The position numbers were made by a program, and so were the translations under genes. Shown one piece after another: positions 38,701-51,909 of a DNA stretch of 64,000 bases. Origin of the DNA: Antedon mediterranea (Eukaryota > Animalia > Echinodermata); the NCBI RefSeq assembly GCF_964355755.1, contig NC_092676.1, positions 24,570,871 through 24,634,870 on the forward strand. Direction: 5' to 3'. The notes below the pieces were generated by a model. That model was not told where the DNA came from and searched no databases. It worked only from the letters and a program-made list of their open reading frames with translations. How positions within the stretch are numbered: the first letter of the stretch is position 1; the number at the start of each line of letters is the position of its first letter.

Positions 38701-41700
38701 TAGGAATTCTACTGTATCAATTTAATGGATAGTTATCAATGTTAATCGTGTAATGTATAAATACAGTGTAATTGTTCTGTCAATGCACTGTTATACGGAT
38801 ATTCGACAATTATTCTGTTAAATTTAACAAACTGAATTTTAATGTTGTATTCCGGCCTTTTTGATTGAGCAATTTCCGCCATTGTACAAATGTACTTAAT
38901 ACACATTCAGATGTACAGTAGGCATACATTTTATACGAATTAGTTAACCTTGACTTTTTCTAACCTTCTCAGAAAATGGATGTTCAGAAATGGTGACATT
39001 GTTCACTTTAGCAGTCTTTTGAATAATTGCTTCTGCCTTCTCCGTAGCGCCTTGTGAAAGTAGCCATCTGACAGACTCGGGAAGAAACCTATATGTCATG
39101 AACAATCGGTCATTAGAGCTTGGTTTCCACTAGGACGCAAAGCAAGCGTGTTGACCAATGATAAACGATAGTTCGAATAATCCATCGCTTCTGATTGGTC
39201 AACTCACTTACGTTGCGGTTACGTCTTTGCGTTGTGTCCTAGTAAGTGTGAACCAAGTTTTATGTCCAATACGTAAGACATGGTCAATTTTACCTACTAT
39301 TTCGTATCACTGAAAAGGCAAAATCATGCAATAATAAATATAAAAGATGATATTAATGTGAATATTAAAAGTGGTGTTTACTCCATAAAAGAGAAAAAAG
39401 AGCATGCAATATAATAAAATTAGTCATTAATTAAATTGTTCCAAACCAAAAGTTAAACCTGAAAGATTAAAAAAATGAAGTGTGTAATTACGGCACATAA
39501 AGAAGTCCGACCACCGTTGGAATAGACAATACTATTTGAAGTTTTCTCCAGTCGCGAATAAAGTAGGCCAGAAGAGCCATTAAAATTATTCCAACTGCCC
39601 AGTAAACCTGTATCATAGTTCCAGCGATAGTCCTCCATTTTAACCCAACGAGTTCAGTTGCTGAAAGTACACAAACACACACGTCAGTAGGCCCACGAAA
39701 CAACCGAACTACAATTTAAAGGGCCCGTTCAGGCTTGTTATTACTATTTTTGTTGGTAGGCCCCAAATGACATAAGGCACTTTCCCCTAGATTTGCCCTG
39801 TGACACTTGGTAAGTTGCTCTCTTGGACACATTTATCGCTAACTATCAAGTCAAACGGCCGAGCGGTTATGGCAGGGGCGCCGTTTACCGTAAAAATATC
39901 GGCATGAATTCAAGGCCGACTCGCTTAAAGTTCTGGTGGTGGAACAAGTCTTCTCGGATAAGGACTAAAAATCGTAGGTCCAGTGTACACAGTTATAACC
40001 CGTGTGAACTTTAAAGAACTCAGTTCATCATTCGATACGAGAGGGGGTTATCTCGGCGAACTGGTTAACAAATAGCCCCTGTATCAGGGGGATTACCACC
40101 TATCTGATAGGACAGTGATTAATTTACTATTGGTAATCCTTGGCCTAAAGACATAAAATAAATAAATAAACTTTGGTTGGTAGAAACAAACTTACCCTGA
40201 AATTTATAAGAAATAACAAACAATGAAAAAGAAGTTATAAACGTACCTATGATAAAAGCCACTAAAAATATACCAATAGATGCAGCTGCGACAATAAATC
40301 GTAGAATACAGTAAGCGGCAAAACTTTGGACGAACGCGGTGACCAACCCCAGTGAGCACTGGATGGCGATGCAAATAAGCAGAGTTGGTTTACGACCAAT
40401 CCTAACAACAAAGATATTTAAAAGTCTGGTTAGAATTTTGGCATCTTTTCTCACATTGTTACAAGTATTGCCATTCTTTTGTATCGAATAATTGATTTAA
40501 CATTTATTTTATTTCAACTACATCCAACAGCGAAAAATCGCCAATTATACTGGATGCCTTACAAATATTTAGATATAAATATATAAGTTATAAAAAAATA
40601 CAACATAATTCATTTACAATATATAGCGTTTCTTTAGAATGTCGTATCCATTGTATATCTGTTCAACAGTCTGCATGCTAATAAACCGAATAATACAATA
40701 TTGATTTAGCAACACCAGCAATTACTTGTGCTATTTGAATTTATTTAACATGTGTGATTTTACAATACATAGCGTTTCTTTATAATTTTGTATACATCTA
40801 TTGTATTTCTTTTCTATGTTATAACACCTGCAACTCACCAGTCTGCTAATGAACCAAATACAATGGATCCGATAAGTACACCAGCAAAATAAATCGACTG
40901 CGCTAGTGCAACCTTTGCGTCCTTGTTGCAAACTAACTCAAACTAGGAAAGAATAAAAAAAGAATGATCCAGTCATACTTTTTAGAAAATGTAAAAAAAT
41001 CAAGGAGTTCAAGGATAATTCTGCAAAAGAGTTCATTATCAATCAATCTCTGTCTCGCTCTCTTCCCCGGGAGAACGTGGGTGTCGAAGCCTAACAGGAA
41101 GAAATGGGGTTGGTTCAATCGATTGAAATGTGTACAGTCATCAATTCATTGAAACAACAATTAGGACTACATAAGTAGAACATCAAGAGGCCAATGTACA
41201 CAGACGAGCGGTAACGGTAAAGTTTGGTTCCCACTAGAACGTAACGTAAACGTTTTAACCAATGACAAGCGAAGTTATAGACAGTTAGCAATCACAAGCG
41301 AATAAGCCATCGTTTGTGATTGGTCAATTCACTTGCGTTGCGTTACGTCCTTGTGTTGCGTCACTAGTGGGAACCACGCTTTAGGGGGAAAACAAAATAT
41401 AGAATGTTATTTCTAAAGCTTTTTTGACACTATCAAACTGGTTTGACAAAACACGCTGTGATGTGCCAAAATATGATAGTGATATATCCAAATATGGTAG
41501 TATGACATCACCATGCGGGCACATCACATTTTGTTTTTCACATAAAAAAAGTCTGATAGTGTAGATAGAGCTTTACGAACATTTTTCACAAAACGCGGAG
41601 CGGATTGATTGATAATAAATATGAGAAACATGTAAAATAAATAATTTGAATTAGTTAGATTTTACTTAATTTCAAAATAGTGAATCCAACTCACGTCTTC

Positions 41701-42072
41701 CTGTATGGTTCTCGTGTATTGGGAATGGTCAAATGTATAGCCATTGAAACATTCCGTCAAGTCTGTTACATTATCATCATTACTCAAACCGACCGTCATT
41801 CTGCATTGTTTCTCATTCAGGGTCGTCGCTTCATCGTCTGCTGCTGGTCTACCCCAGTAAACGTCATCACAAGAATCATATCCAAACTCACTGCAATCTA
41901 GCTGCGTGGTATTAGACGGTACGGTGCACCAATGATCAGCATTACCGGCTAGAAACACCTGTGCCAGGTGGTGGAACGCCACAGACAACGTCAGCATACA
42001 ATACCAGTGGTAGACTCTACGTTGATACGGACCGAATTCGCCCAATCTTGATAGGATCTGGTCCAGTTCCAT
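35728..42072 (-). CDS. SLC22/organic cation transporter-like protein, paralog A (10 exons, ~530 aa)
   Basis: Exons 42072-41695, 40942-40839, 40401-40247, 39660-39492, 39088-38965, 38308-38217, 37558-37350, 36849-36741, 36358-36149, 35770-35728; 1593 nt. Motifs [49 protein letters not shown]. Confidence 0.88.
37925..38089. mobile_element. Harbinger-type MITE (GGCCAATTTACACAG TIR)
   Basis: taa|ggccaatttacacag ... ctgtgtaaattggcc; fragments of the family at 2445-2490 and 41189-41220. Confidence 0.7.
38357..38714. mobile_element. Tc1/pogo-type MITE (TA|CAGTAGAA...TTCTACTG|TA) with a nested repeat also found at ~35940-36110
   Basis: TA-flanked CAGTAGAAT(T)CC inverted termini; internal 38420-38570 matches 35965-36110. 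Confidence 0.6.
39850..40170 (+). mobile_element. Near full-length tRNA-derived Deu-domain SINE
   Basis: A-box-like ggccgagcggt, degenerate B-box gaattcaaggcc, Deu-like core agtcttctcggataaggact...gtaggtcc...ctttaaagaac, (AAAT)n tail. Confidence 0.7.
41221..41380. mobile_element. Harbinger-type MITE inserted at TAA within another MITE
   Basis: taa|agtttggttcccactag ... ctagtgggaaccacgct|tta, directly after a ggccaatgtacacag..ggtaa fragment. Confidence 0.75.
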
Positions 42073-44094
42073 AGTAAGTTGCTGAAATGAACAACAAATT
42101 ATACACTATCTATAGGTCCGTTCATGCTTAGTTATTTATCCAGGTAAGTTGGTTAATACCCACTAAAGTGAAACGTTCTAATACGGGTAAATAGCTAAAT
42201 CCTGAATGATCCCTGTATTATAAATCTGTGTGAATAGACATATGGATAATTTTGGTATGACAGTTATAGAGTCAAATTTTAGTTTTTAGCTGTTTATTCA
42301 ACTTCTGTTTTACAATACTGTTGTCTGAAAACCAAAATAAAACGATAGCACATTTGTTTTCTAACATGCCACGTGTTCGTTAAGACCTATATTTTATTTT
42401 TGAAAATACCAATGCACCCCATTTAACAATACCGTGTAGAACTGTTTTATATATATCTATAATAGTTACTAATAACTACACCAATTAAATTATATTAACA
42501 ATATGTCAAGGAAAATACTATACCTAGCTATGCTTTTCGAGCATGTTTGTTTTAAACAGACCCTTCAGTACAGTTCACTCATAAGGATAATAAGTAGGGT
42601 TCCTACAGGTCAATTGGAATACAAAATAGTGTACCATGGCCTTGCTATGTTACGATCTCAAGTACAGGCTTATATTGTCCATCTCCAAACACTTGTCGAA
42701 TCGATAGTTTACGCATGGTAAACAAACACATAAAACGATTTTATTTTGGCGGATTTGGCGTCCCGTAATTGACAGGACAGCTTATGTACTGTACCTGGAA
42801 TTGTCTTAGAACTATTCTAGACAAAGTATTGTCTTAGACCAAAATAAAGCTCACAAGCGATGTATTATTCGAACAGTCGCTTGTCATTGGTCAACTCCTT
42901 GCTTTGCGTCTACGTCCTTGCGTTGCGTCCTAGTGGGAACTTCGACGCAACCTAGGGACGTAAGCGCACGTCGACGTAAGTTATCTGACCAATCATTATA
43001 CGATGATTCAACCGAACAGTCGCATGTGATTGTTCAACTCACTGCGTTGCGCCTACGACGTTTCGCTGCTTCCATGTGAGAACCGAGCTCCGTATAGAGT
43101 CCTTTAGCTATAAGCTTTTCTTTATTCTTTTCTATTTCCATTAATGGTGTTTGATGGTACAGACTCCGAGAATACATAGTGCGCATCATTATAGCATGCT
43201 GTTCTGGTCGAATTGTCACATTCTTCTTCAGTATGTTTTTGAATACATATTACGTAATATAGGACAATTACTACCCGAAACAATCCCCACGAAGACAAAC
43301 TACCACCCGAACAATATTAATGGCAGCAATAGCAGTAGGACTGTTAATTTGTCTTTTGGGACAGCCTGGGAGGTAGGCCTAAATGTCTGCAATCATACCT
43401 AGTAGTAGTAAGTTGGTAGCACTATTGTTCTAGAACCGTTTTACTCAACAGTATACAGGTCACTGGAGGAGAAGAGATGGGTGATAAAAAAGTATGCTAG
43501 TTATTCTAGGTCAGTTATAGCCGTCATTCTTGCCACGTGGTACAGAGGTGATGGGGGTTATACTTTGATTACAGTATCCAAATATATACTGTTAATAATT
43601 CTGATATTTTTGTCGAATGAATTTGTTTAAAATACGCAGCTACTTTTAAGACATATATGCTAATTGATATACTTTGCCCTTTGCGTATATATTACAGAAA
43701 TACCTTAATACATTTTAAATGAGGTCAACACAAATTTGTATGGAGTAGGCCTAATAATAGAACGTAATCATGTAATGTATGCACAAACTAAATACCGGTA
43801 CCATGTTGTTAATACGCTTGTACAAGCGTAAATAATTCAATCTTCATTCAAGATAGGCGCTATGTAATACAATACAGTATAAATAACTAATTATTATCAT
43901 TTTAGCTACAGACCTGTCTAATATAACGAACATTTTAGATTAAGCATGATGTCCACAAAACGTTGGAGTTGCGAACAAGAGTTCGGTAGGTTTTACGACT
44001 AGCGTAAGCCAAGCCATTCGTACGTCTGAACCCTAACTACTTTGATATCATCACAGGCCATGCCCATGTAAATCAATTGGTAATAATTGACCAA

Positions 44095-44291
44095 GGCAAT
44101 TTAACAACAGGATGCTGACCTCTGGTGATCAAAGGGTTTATCTGTGGCTGCGACACTATCAGTACCACGCCCCACTTAACAGCACGCGCCGCGGAGAATA
44201 TGTACAGTACAGTTGGTATTTGTCACAGCCAGACATAATTTCTAAGGACTGTTAAAAGTTCCTATCTTGGCAAGGCTGTAGTTAGATTGCC
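44095..44291. mobile_element. MITE with GGCAAT(C/T)TAAC...GTTAGATTGCC termini
   Basis: Inverted termini; related copies at 37634-37845, 29250-29418 (duplicated) and 12935-12975. Confidence 0.6.
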
Positions 44292-45366
44292 TTGATTGTA
44301 CATTTAGGCCAAACTTGTGTTGAGAACCGTTAAAGTATGTCGCAGCACTCATGCACTTCGCAATTTCTAGTTACGATATATTCCTAAATGGTTTTTCATT
44401 ATTATAATGTAATGATGATAAATTATCTTATCCAATTTTCAATACTTGAAACATGAATTTCAGTGACCTGGACAAATATTCAATACTGTGAAAGCCTTGC
44501 TAAACAATACCATCGCTGACCTCAAATCATCGAGCGGTTGACAACTTATCTGTATGCATGATTGCTGGAAGTAATACTAATGTGATTTCAGCATAACAAA
44601 GTTGCATAATCAGCAATCAAAACATATATTATAATAGTAGTGAGTAGTGGCTGCTAAGTTGTACAAGAAAGCAGTGTTTTACTTTGCTAAATTTACCAGA
44701 TTTGCATACAAACCATACCACGTACGTATTGAGTAGTTTAGCCGTATAAATATCCATCAATCGTATATACGCGAGGATGCAGTTATTATCAGATGTTAAA
44801 TTCATCTTAAATTAATCAATGTATTATTTATTACTGTATCAGCGGTACTTACCAGAATAAGTTAACAAATAGGCACGTACAATGTACTTTTAACAACAGT
44901 ATATTATTTGTCTCACAATTTGAATATTATACACGGGAACAATGATACGCCTCGAATGCGTCGTGTGATCGACTGTATAACAGCATGAGGTCAAGTTCGG
45001 ATGTCAAAGCTGAGCAGCAGTATGTAGTCAGCCAATGGGAACGCTAGGCTATTCCCTTGGCGAATTATATGTGAAAAGACCTGGCATGCCTTGGAGAATA
45101 TGTGCCTTGATAAGAAGAAATAAAAGTGAAACTTAAGACGGGGTCAAATAGTCAAGATTGGGTTTGACCTGACTCCGCGTGACAATTGTCATCATCTTTA
45201 GTTGCCAATTCAACCAATCCTTGATCCAACCAATCACAACAGCAACACATGCATATCATATAGATATAATTTAATACGCAAGTATCAATATTTTTTATCA
45301 AAGTCATTATTAGTTTTATCATCACCACCCACCACCTTATGTTCGTCTCGGAATATGGTGTGTTAT

Positions 45367-48300
45367 TATGGGCGGCCATTAGGGCCATAATAGTAAAAAA
45401 TTAAAACAAAGAACTACGTCAAAAAACAACGAACGTTTTCAAAAATCAACGAACGTTTTCAAAAATCAACGAACAAACTCAAAAAACAACGAACGTTTTC
45501 AAAAATCAACTAACAAATATAGAAAACAAAGAACTAAAACATATTCTCATAATAGTCAAGTTAAACACCAAAGAATAAACAAAAAAACAACGGACAATTT
45601 GCCAAATCAAATGACAAGTTTTCGCAATAGGACAATTTGTCAATTTAAAGGTCAAGTCGAACAATCGAAGGACAAGCTCAGCAATCAAAGGACGTTTGCA
45701 AAAAAATATTAACTAATTTTCGACGTTTGAGGGCAGCATTCACTTTTTACAGAAAAACTCGAGGTACATACACATACAGTTTGTTTTAATATTTGTAATA
45801 TTATCATATGAATCTCAACAAAATAGCTAAATTGCCTGAACACACTCCACTGGGACATGAATACCACTGATTTTGCATCGTGATATTCTAAAAAAAACAC
45901 TTGATTTTCATGTTCCCACCTAAATATCTCGGCTATTATAAATCGGATTCTTTTGGATAGTAAAGCTCAAAATAAACTGTAGACAATACTGAACATTATG
46001 ATATATGTTTTAAATTGTAAAGTTACAAAATAAAAGTATGTGTCATTTTACGTTTTAAAACAGACAGTGTGGGGTCAATTCTGTACCTGGCTATTTTCTA
46101 AAGCACCAAAGTGTTTTATTTGCAACTTAAGATCACTTGTATGCTATGTCATCAATCATTTTAAATAGTATCTTAAAAGAAAGATAGATAGATAGATTCC
46201 TTACATATTTTTCTTATGAGCAAAAATCTATTTTGAAAAAAATGTAAAACATCCTAAAAAACGCGGCAAAATGCAAATAGGGTTTGCCTGTGTTATCAGC
46301 CTTCACTTGAGAGACCGTTGGATTGTAGCGAAGTTTTCCGTATTTTCTTGATATAAATTGTAAGTAGCATTTTAATTTTTATATCATTCTAATGTTTGAT
46401 ATATAAGGAACAATTATTAGGTGTTATTTAGTTCTATATATCGTGTTTTTTATATTCACAATTGCCAAAGATACCTGGCATTTTTGTGCGACTCCTTTGG
46501 GCTTGAGTAAAGTAAAGTCCACATTAAAGGCCAGTTTTTATTAAACAAATCTATGATGAATAAACAGTATCTATATATAAATTTAGGTAAGGGCATAATT
46601 CGGTAAATCGCGTGTTACTTCTAGAATGTTTACTCGATGGTGGTATATAAAGTCAGTTCGTACTTTTGGTACCAATTTCAACCACCTGATGTAACCCTGT
46701 TTTCTAATTAAATCGAGTTAGATAATTAGTTATTGACAATTAAAACGGATTTAGGTTCAACGATTTGCCCCAAAAAGGGGTGTTTTCCGATTGTGGTATA
46801 GCCTACACCGTCTAATGGATGCCTATCGTGAAAAATACTCCCACACAATAATACGAGGATGCTTCGCATTTTCCTATCTCCTCCTACGATAATTGTTTTT
46901 AATGGCTGAAAACCGGTTGAACAGCTCGAGTACAGCATCATAATGTTGAAGACAGGCTGATTTTATTTTTAAAATACTATTTTGATAGATTTAGAAAACT
47001 TTTATATAAAATGTATTGATTTCCGATGAAATTTATTGCCCCTTGGGGAACCTATATAGATATACTGTAAATACGTATTAACCATTTTTGGTCGCCATTT
47101 GAATCGCAATTTTTTTAATGCGAGTGTGGGTACTGTTAGATATATAAACACATGTAAAAATAAACGTATTACTGTGAGTGTGAGTATGCCTTACTGTTGT
47201 ATATATAAACGCACAATATACAAATAAACTTTATTACTGATAGTTGCTTCTCAATGTTGGTAGTTGTAATTAATTATTGAAAAAATATCACGTTGTAGTG
47301 GTGTATCGTTACATGTACTATGACATTTCAATCGACTATGAACAGTTTTAACAAAGTATTAAATCGCAAATGTGTTACTGTATCAAGTGGTATATTATTT
47401 ACAGGCCTATAAAACATGAAAAAAATATTTCATTACTGAGTAGATAAAAGAATATATTTAAAAATTATTCTTCTTTGTACCCATATCCTCTTCCCCATCC
47501 TTCAACACTAATGTTACACACGTTTCGTTTTCATGTTTGATACAGTAACACATTTGCGATTTAATGCTTTGTTAAAACTGTCCCAGGGTGCTAATTTTAG
47601 TTGACTACTTAAATCATCGTGTCTATTCGTTTCTGTAAACTCCTGCGGTACGCACATTTGAAAAAAAAAATATATTTTTTTAATGCTGAAATTAATGTGA
47701 TTTGAGAACCATCTGTGGCCATGATCCAGATGGTACGTGAGCGAAGCGAGCACATCATCTTGTTTACATTATGTATTTAAATAATTGGGTCAATGATTTC
47801 ATACAAGCGTAGGTCCATTCTAATTGAAATGTTATGAGTAACATTCGCTGTTAGTATTGAATAAAATTCGTAAGAATATTTAACCCCTTCAAATAAGCCC
47901 TGTCATCCCATATATCAATAGCATAATCATCAGAGAACACCTCCTGAGTAAAATATTCCATTTGATCATCGGTCAGTGTACATATTATATCGGGAACAAC
48001 AACATTTGTATTATGCTCATCTTCTTGAAATGGACCATTGTGGTCAATACCATAGTCTTGCGCTCTTTCCTGTAATATAGACATACAGTAAAACATTTGT
48101 TATTAATGTATGCTTACTTCTGTTTTATTGGATTCACCAAACACTATCATAAAATACTATTAGGTGCAGTAATAAATATACCGTAGTATCATATGAAAGT
48201 ATCATAATATCATCATTATAAATCTTAGTTAAGAAACAGGATGTGTTTGTTAAGCATTCCACTCTTGAAATCATAATTACTAAACATGTTGAAATTGTAT

Positions 48301-50273
48301 ATTTTTTTGCTATACATAATAAAGCTTTTTTTTCTACAAACATGAAAATGATTACATAATTTACTCCATAAAGTATTTTTATAAAGCAAAATAAGTAATT
48401 AATTAGTCCATGGGAGAACTCAGAACAGAAAAGACCCGATTCAATTGTTTAATAACTGTAGCGGTAACTAACTAACAGCATAATACAATTTGTCACAATA
48501 TAATTTTTAGTAAATTAAGTTCTGGACAGAATGCTGTGGAGCATGCCTGCGCCTATATTCCGCCAATTATAAAAGCATGTGTTCTAAATATACTTTTAAT
48601 AGCCGCTATTACCATACCTCATTCATTTGTTCAAAATATTCATTACTGATTAAACTTCCTCTTCTGACGTGCAGTCCCATAACAAATAATTGCAACGGTG
48701 TTTTATTTGATGCGGTCCTAATCTTGTGGTTGTTCCACATTTCGACAAACGAAGTAACCAAATGGTTTATCCGTGGTAAATAAACTGCATGCAAACAAAA
48801 TATATGTACTTCATTTTCTATATCGAGTATCCCTCGCGACTCGAAACCCTTTAAAAAGGTTATAAAAGCTTCTTATTATTTGCTCTCCAAGATCCCGCCA
48901 CAGCCGTTCTATTCTCGAATTGTGGACGCTGCGTCCCGTAATGAAGGAGCCTCTTCCTGAATGAAAGAATAGATCAATAAATAATTTACTATGACAACAT
49001 ACACAATTAAAAACTTACCGTATTAATTCAAGATTGTACAAATGAATACGCAACTTATCTGATTCCATCTGTTGTACATAAACAACACTTTTTTTAAATA
49101 AAAGAAATTCAGCGCATACGTTGAATCTTTAATTAACTGCTTTAGGTACTTTAATACACTCTCAGAAATGAACATTATCTAGAAATAACTTACCAGGACC
49201 TCTGAGTGGATGTTCAAGCATGAATCGGGCAACTCCCACATTCTCTCCGCCACAGTCTGACCGCACTCTCGATGGTAGTCCCCAATTGACAACAGCTTCT
49301 TCAAATAGTTGTTGAACTGTTTCAGCCCTGTTGTTTGAACTGCATTTTAAATATACAATTACACGGCTAAATCCATCTATCCTACCATGAACCACAAATC
49401 TCCACCTATAAAAATTAAAATTATTATTTTTTTTATTTTTTTAAATTAATTACTGTATAGTACTGTGAATCTGTACTGAATACATACGCAATAAAATATT
49501 TATTGTAAATTTAATGCATAACATTCTTTACATTACATGAAAAGCTAGGCCTCTCGGCCTAGCCCTAATGATGGCTAGAGCCTAGCTAGGCTAGCCTCCT
49601 AAAATAGGCCTAACTAGAATAGCCTAGATAGGCTAGCTAGGCTAGGCCGCTAGCTAGGCCTAACTAAAATAAAATAGTCGTCCACTCTTTCATATTAATT
49701 AGGCCATATTTAATATGCAACACTTGCCTCCTTATATGTACACTCCATAAATGTTTATAAAAATATTTCTATTGCCTACATTACTTTGATAATATAATAG
49801 ACCTACTAATCATAATAAATACTAAATAGGCTGTAAACAATGTGCCTACCATGCCCACCACACTGCATGCTGCTTGTAATCTACACGAGATCGATTGTGA
49901 ATGCTGCCCTCAAACGTCGAAAATTAGTTAGTATTTTTTTGCAAACGTCCTTTGATTGCTGAGCTTGTCCTTCGATTGTTCGACTTGACCTTTAAATTGA
50001 CAAATTGTCCTATTGCGAAAACTTGTCATTTGATTTGGCAAATTGTCCGTTGTTTTTTTGTTTATTCTTTGGTGTTTAACTTGACTATTATGAGAATATG
50101 TTTTAGTTCTTTGTTTTCTATATTTGTTAGTTGATTTTTGAAAACGTTCGTTGTTTTTTGAGTTTGTTCGTTGATTTTTGAAAACGTTCGTTGATTTTTG
50201 AAAACGTTCGTTGTTTTTTGACGTAGTTCTTTGTTTTAATTTTTTACTATTATGGCCCTAATGGCCGCCCATA
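45367..50273 (-). mobile_element. IS3EU-type DNA transposon, internally deleted, with 377-bp TIRs and 6-bp TSD
   Basis: TATGGGCGGCC...GGCCGCCCATA termini; TIRs 45367-45743 and 49897-50273 with one mismatch seen; TGTTAT at 45361-66 and 50274-79; 20-bp subterminal tandem repeats; integrase-core exons inside. Confidence 0.88.
47851..49405 (-). pseudogene. Spliced DDE (IS3/rve-like) transposase remnant, 3 exons
   Basis: Exons 49405-49194 ([14 protein letters not shown]...[13 protein letters not shown]), 48956-48618 ([15 protein letters not shown], 1-nt frameshift near 48845, then LHAVYLPRIN...WNNHKIRT...TPLQL) and 48069-47851 (YGIDHNGP). GT-AG introns in phase; N-terminal exons not found. Confidence 0.85.
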
Positions 50274-51909
50274 TGTTATCAGCACTGCATGTCACTACAT
50301 CGTTATCACCAACTATTTTTCCAATGTTATCACTTACATAGCCTACATAGTACAATACAATACAAATCAGTACATTTTTATACCATTTTTATTTCTTATA
50401 ACTACTTACTATTTATATTTTACGGTAATATTAATACAAATCAAATGTAAAAAAGTATATAATAATAGTAATACTGTAATTGTAACGGTAACAATTAATA
50501 TCAACATTAATAATCGCGTTATATAATATTCGGTTAAAAAAGTTACATTTTAATACAGGCTCATTTTCATTGTGTGCTTTGTATAAATGTCAGAACAGAA
50601 CAGAACAGAACAGAGATTGCACTACTGAGACGGGATGGAGATTGTCTGAAGATAATGATTACTTTTTGAAAGGTGAGGAGAGCAGAAAGAAGAAGAAAAA
50701 GATTTTCGGAGTGAATGTGGTGACGTAGCAAAACTAACAAAATATTTTGTTCAATTATTCTTTCAATAGCTTTATGTGATTAAAATAAGAGCGTACAGTT
50801 TTATTGCAGCATAAACAAAATGATTATTTCAATTCACAACGTGACTTTACGTGTTACTAGTATCAAAACAAAACTGTTCACACCCGTTGGTTTAATTCAA
50901 TAATTTAATAAACTTTGTTTTTGTAACAAACAGCCGATCCTTTATGACTCGTTGCTTGCTAATTTCAATTCTCCAACGCATGTCCGATGTACGTATACAA
51001 TTGAAACAAAGGGAATTAAATACAGTAGTACACAATTAACTGTCTTTGTGTAGCAGAAAAAAGTATTGGCTTAAAGATGTAGCCTATTGACACCAAAAAC
51101 ATGAAAAATAAAGAATAATAGAAATCAGATTTTGAATAGGCCATTTTGCAGATTTAATAAAGTCATTCACTTTCGTAGAAAAAAAACAGGTAAAATATTG
51201 TTTTCACGTATAAAATGACGTAATAAATTGTTAAATTCAACAAAAAATCTATTGGCAGACAGCCAATTTGACACGATGGGACCCTTGTTGCTGAAATTGA
51301 CGCTTTACAAATTCGTATTGTCAGCTTTAAATTACAGTTTTTTCAGGTGAATACATTTATTTCAATCCAATTTTTGGTCAAAAGTGGATAACTATTATGC
51401 GACATTAAAATGGCATATTTAACAAAAAATGTTAAAACAATTTTATTTTTATTCATTCATGCAAATAGAGAGGAAAACTATTAATGTTATGATTATAAGA
51501 TTAGAATTATATCATCTTCAAACTCACTGACGATTATTAAATCGCATCGAGTGATTTAAGAAATTCACGAGGTAGGCCTAATGTATTTTCAACAACCATA
51601 GGCTTCAATATGGTACCGTTCCTATACCTCTGTTCTGTTCGCAGTAGTCGTGTGTTTTCTCTCTTATGGTGTGCGCGCGTGTATATATCCATGGACGTTC
51701 CCATTGTTGATGAGGGTAAGCGTGGTTTATCACGAATTTTACCTTGTGGGCCATTAGATATGACTTCTCAACGCATTACATGCTCACTGATTATATATGA
51801 AATGCAAAGTATACATAAAACCACCTGCACAGTTGTTTTTGCCGAAGTTGCTTTACCTTGTAAATTTATTTTTTACTATTTGTCCATACGTTATTCCATC
51901 ATGAGTGAA

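Noticed and set aside
38947-38949. Alternative donor for SLC22-A exon 5
   Set aside because: Gives phase 1, incompatible with the phase-0 exon 6. The donor after 38965 restores the frame, so the gene is not called a pseudogene.
39850-39925. tRNA gene
   Set aside because: A/B-box-like motifs but no cloverleaf; it is the head of a SINE.
48841-48862. Programmed frameshift at TTTTTAAAGGGTTT in the IS3-like transposase
   Set aside because: Restoring the frame needs +1 and the site is inside the catalytic core, unlike the IS3 -1 orfA/orfB shift. A 1-nt insertion in an already truncated copy is simpler.
45506-50134. Two identical 60-aa ORFs on opposite strands
   Set aside because: They lie within the transposon TIRs and are not genes.
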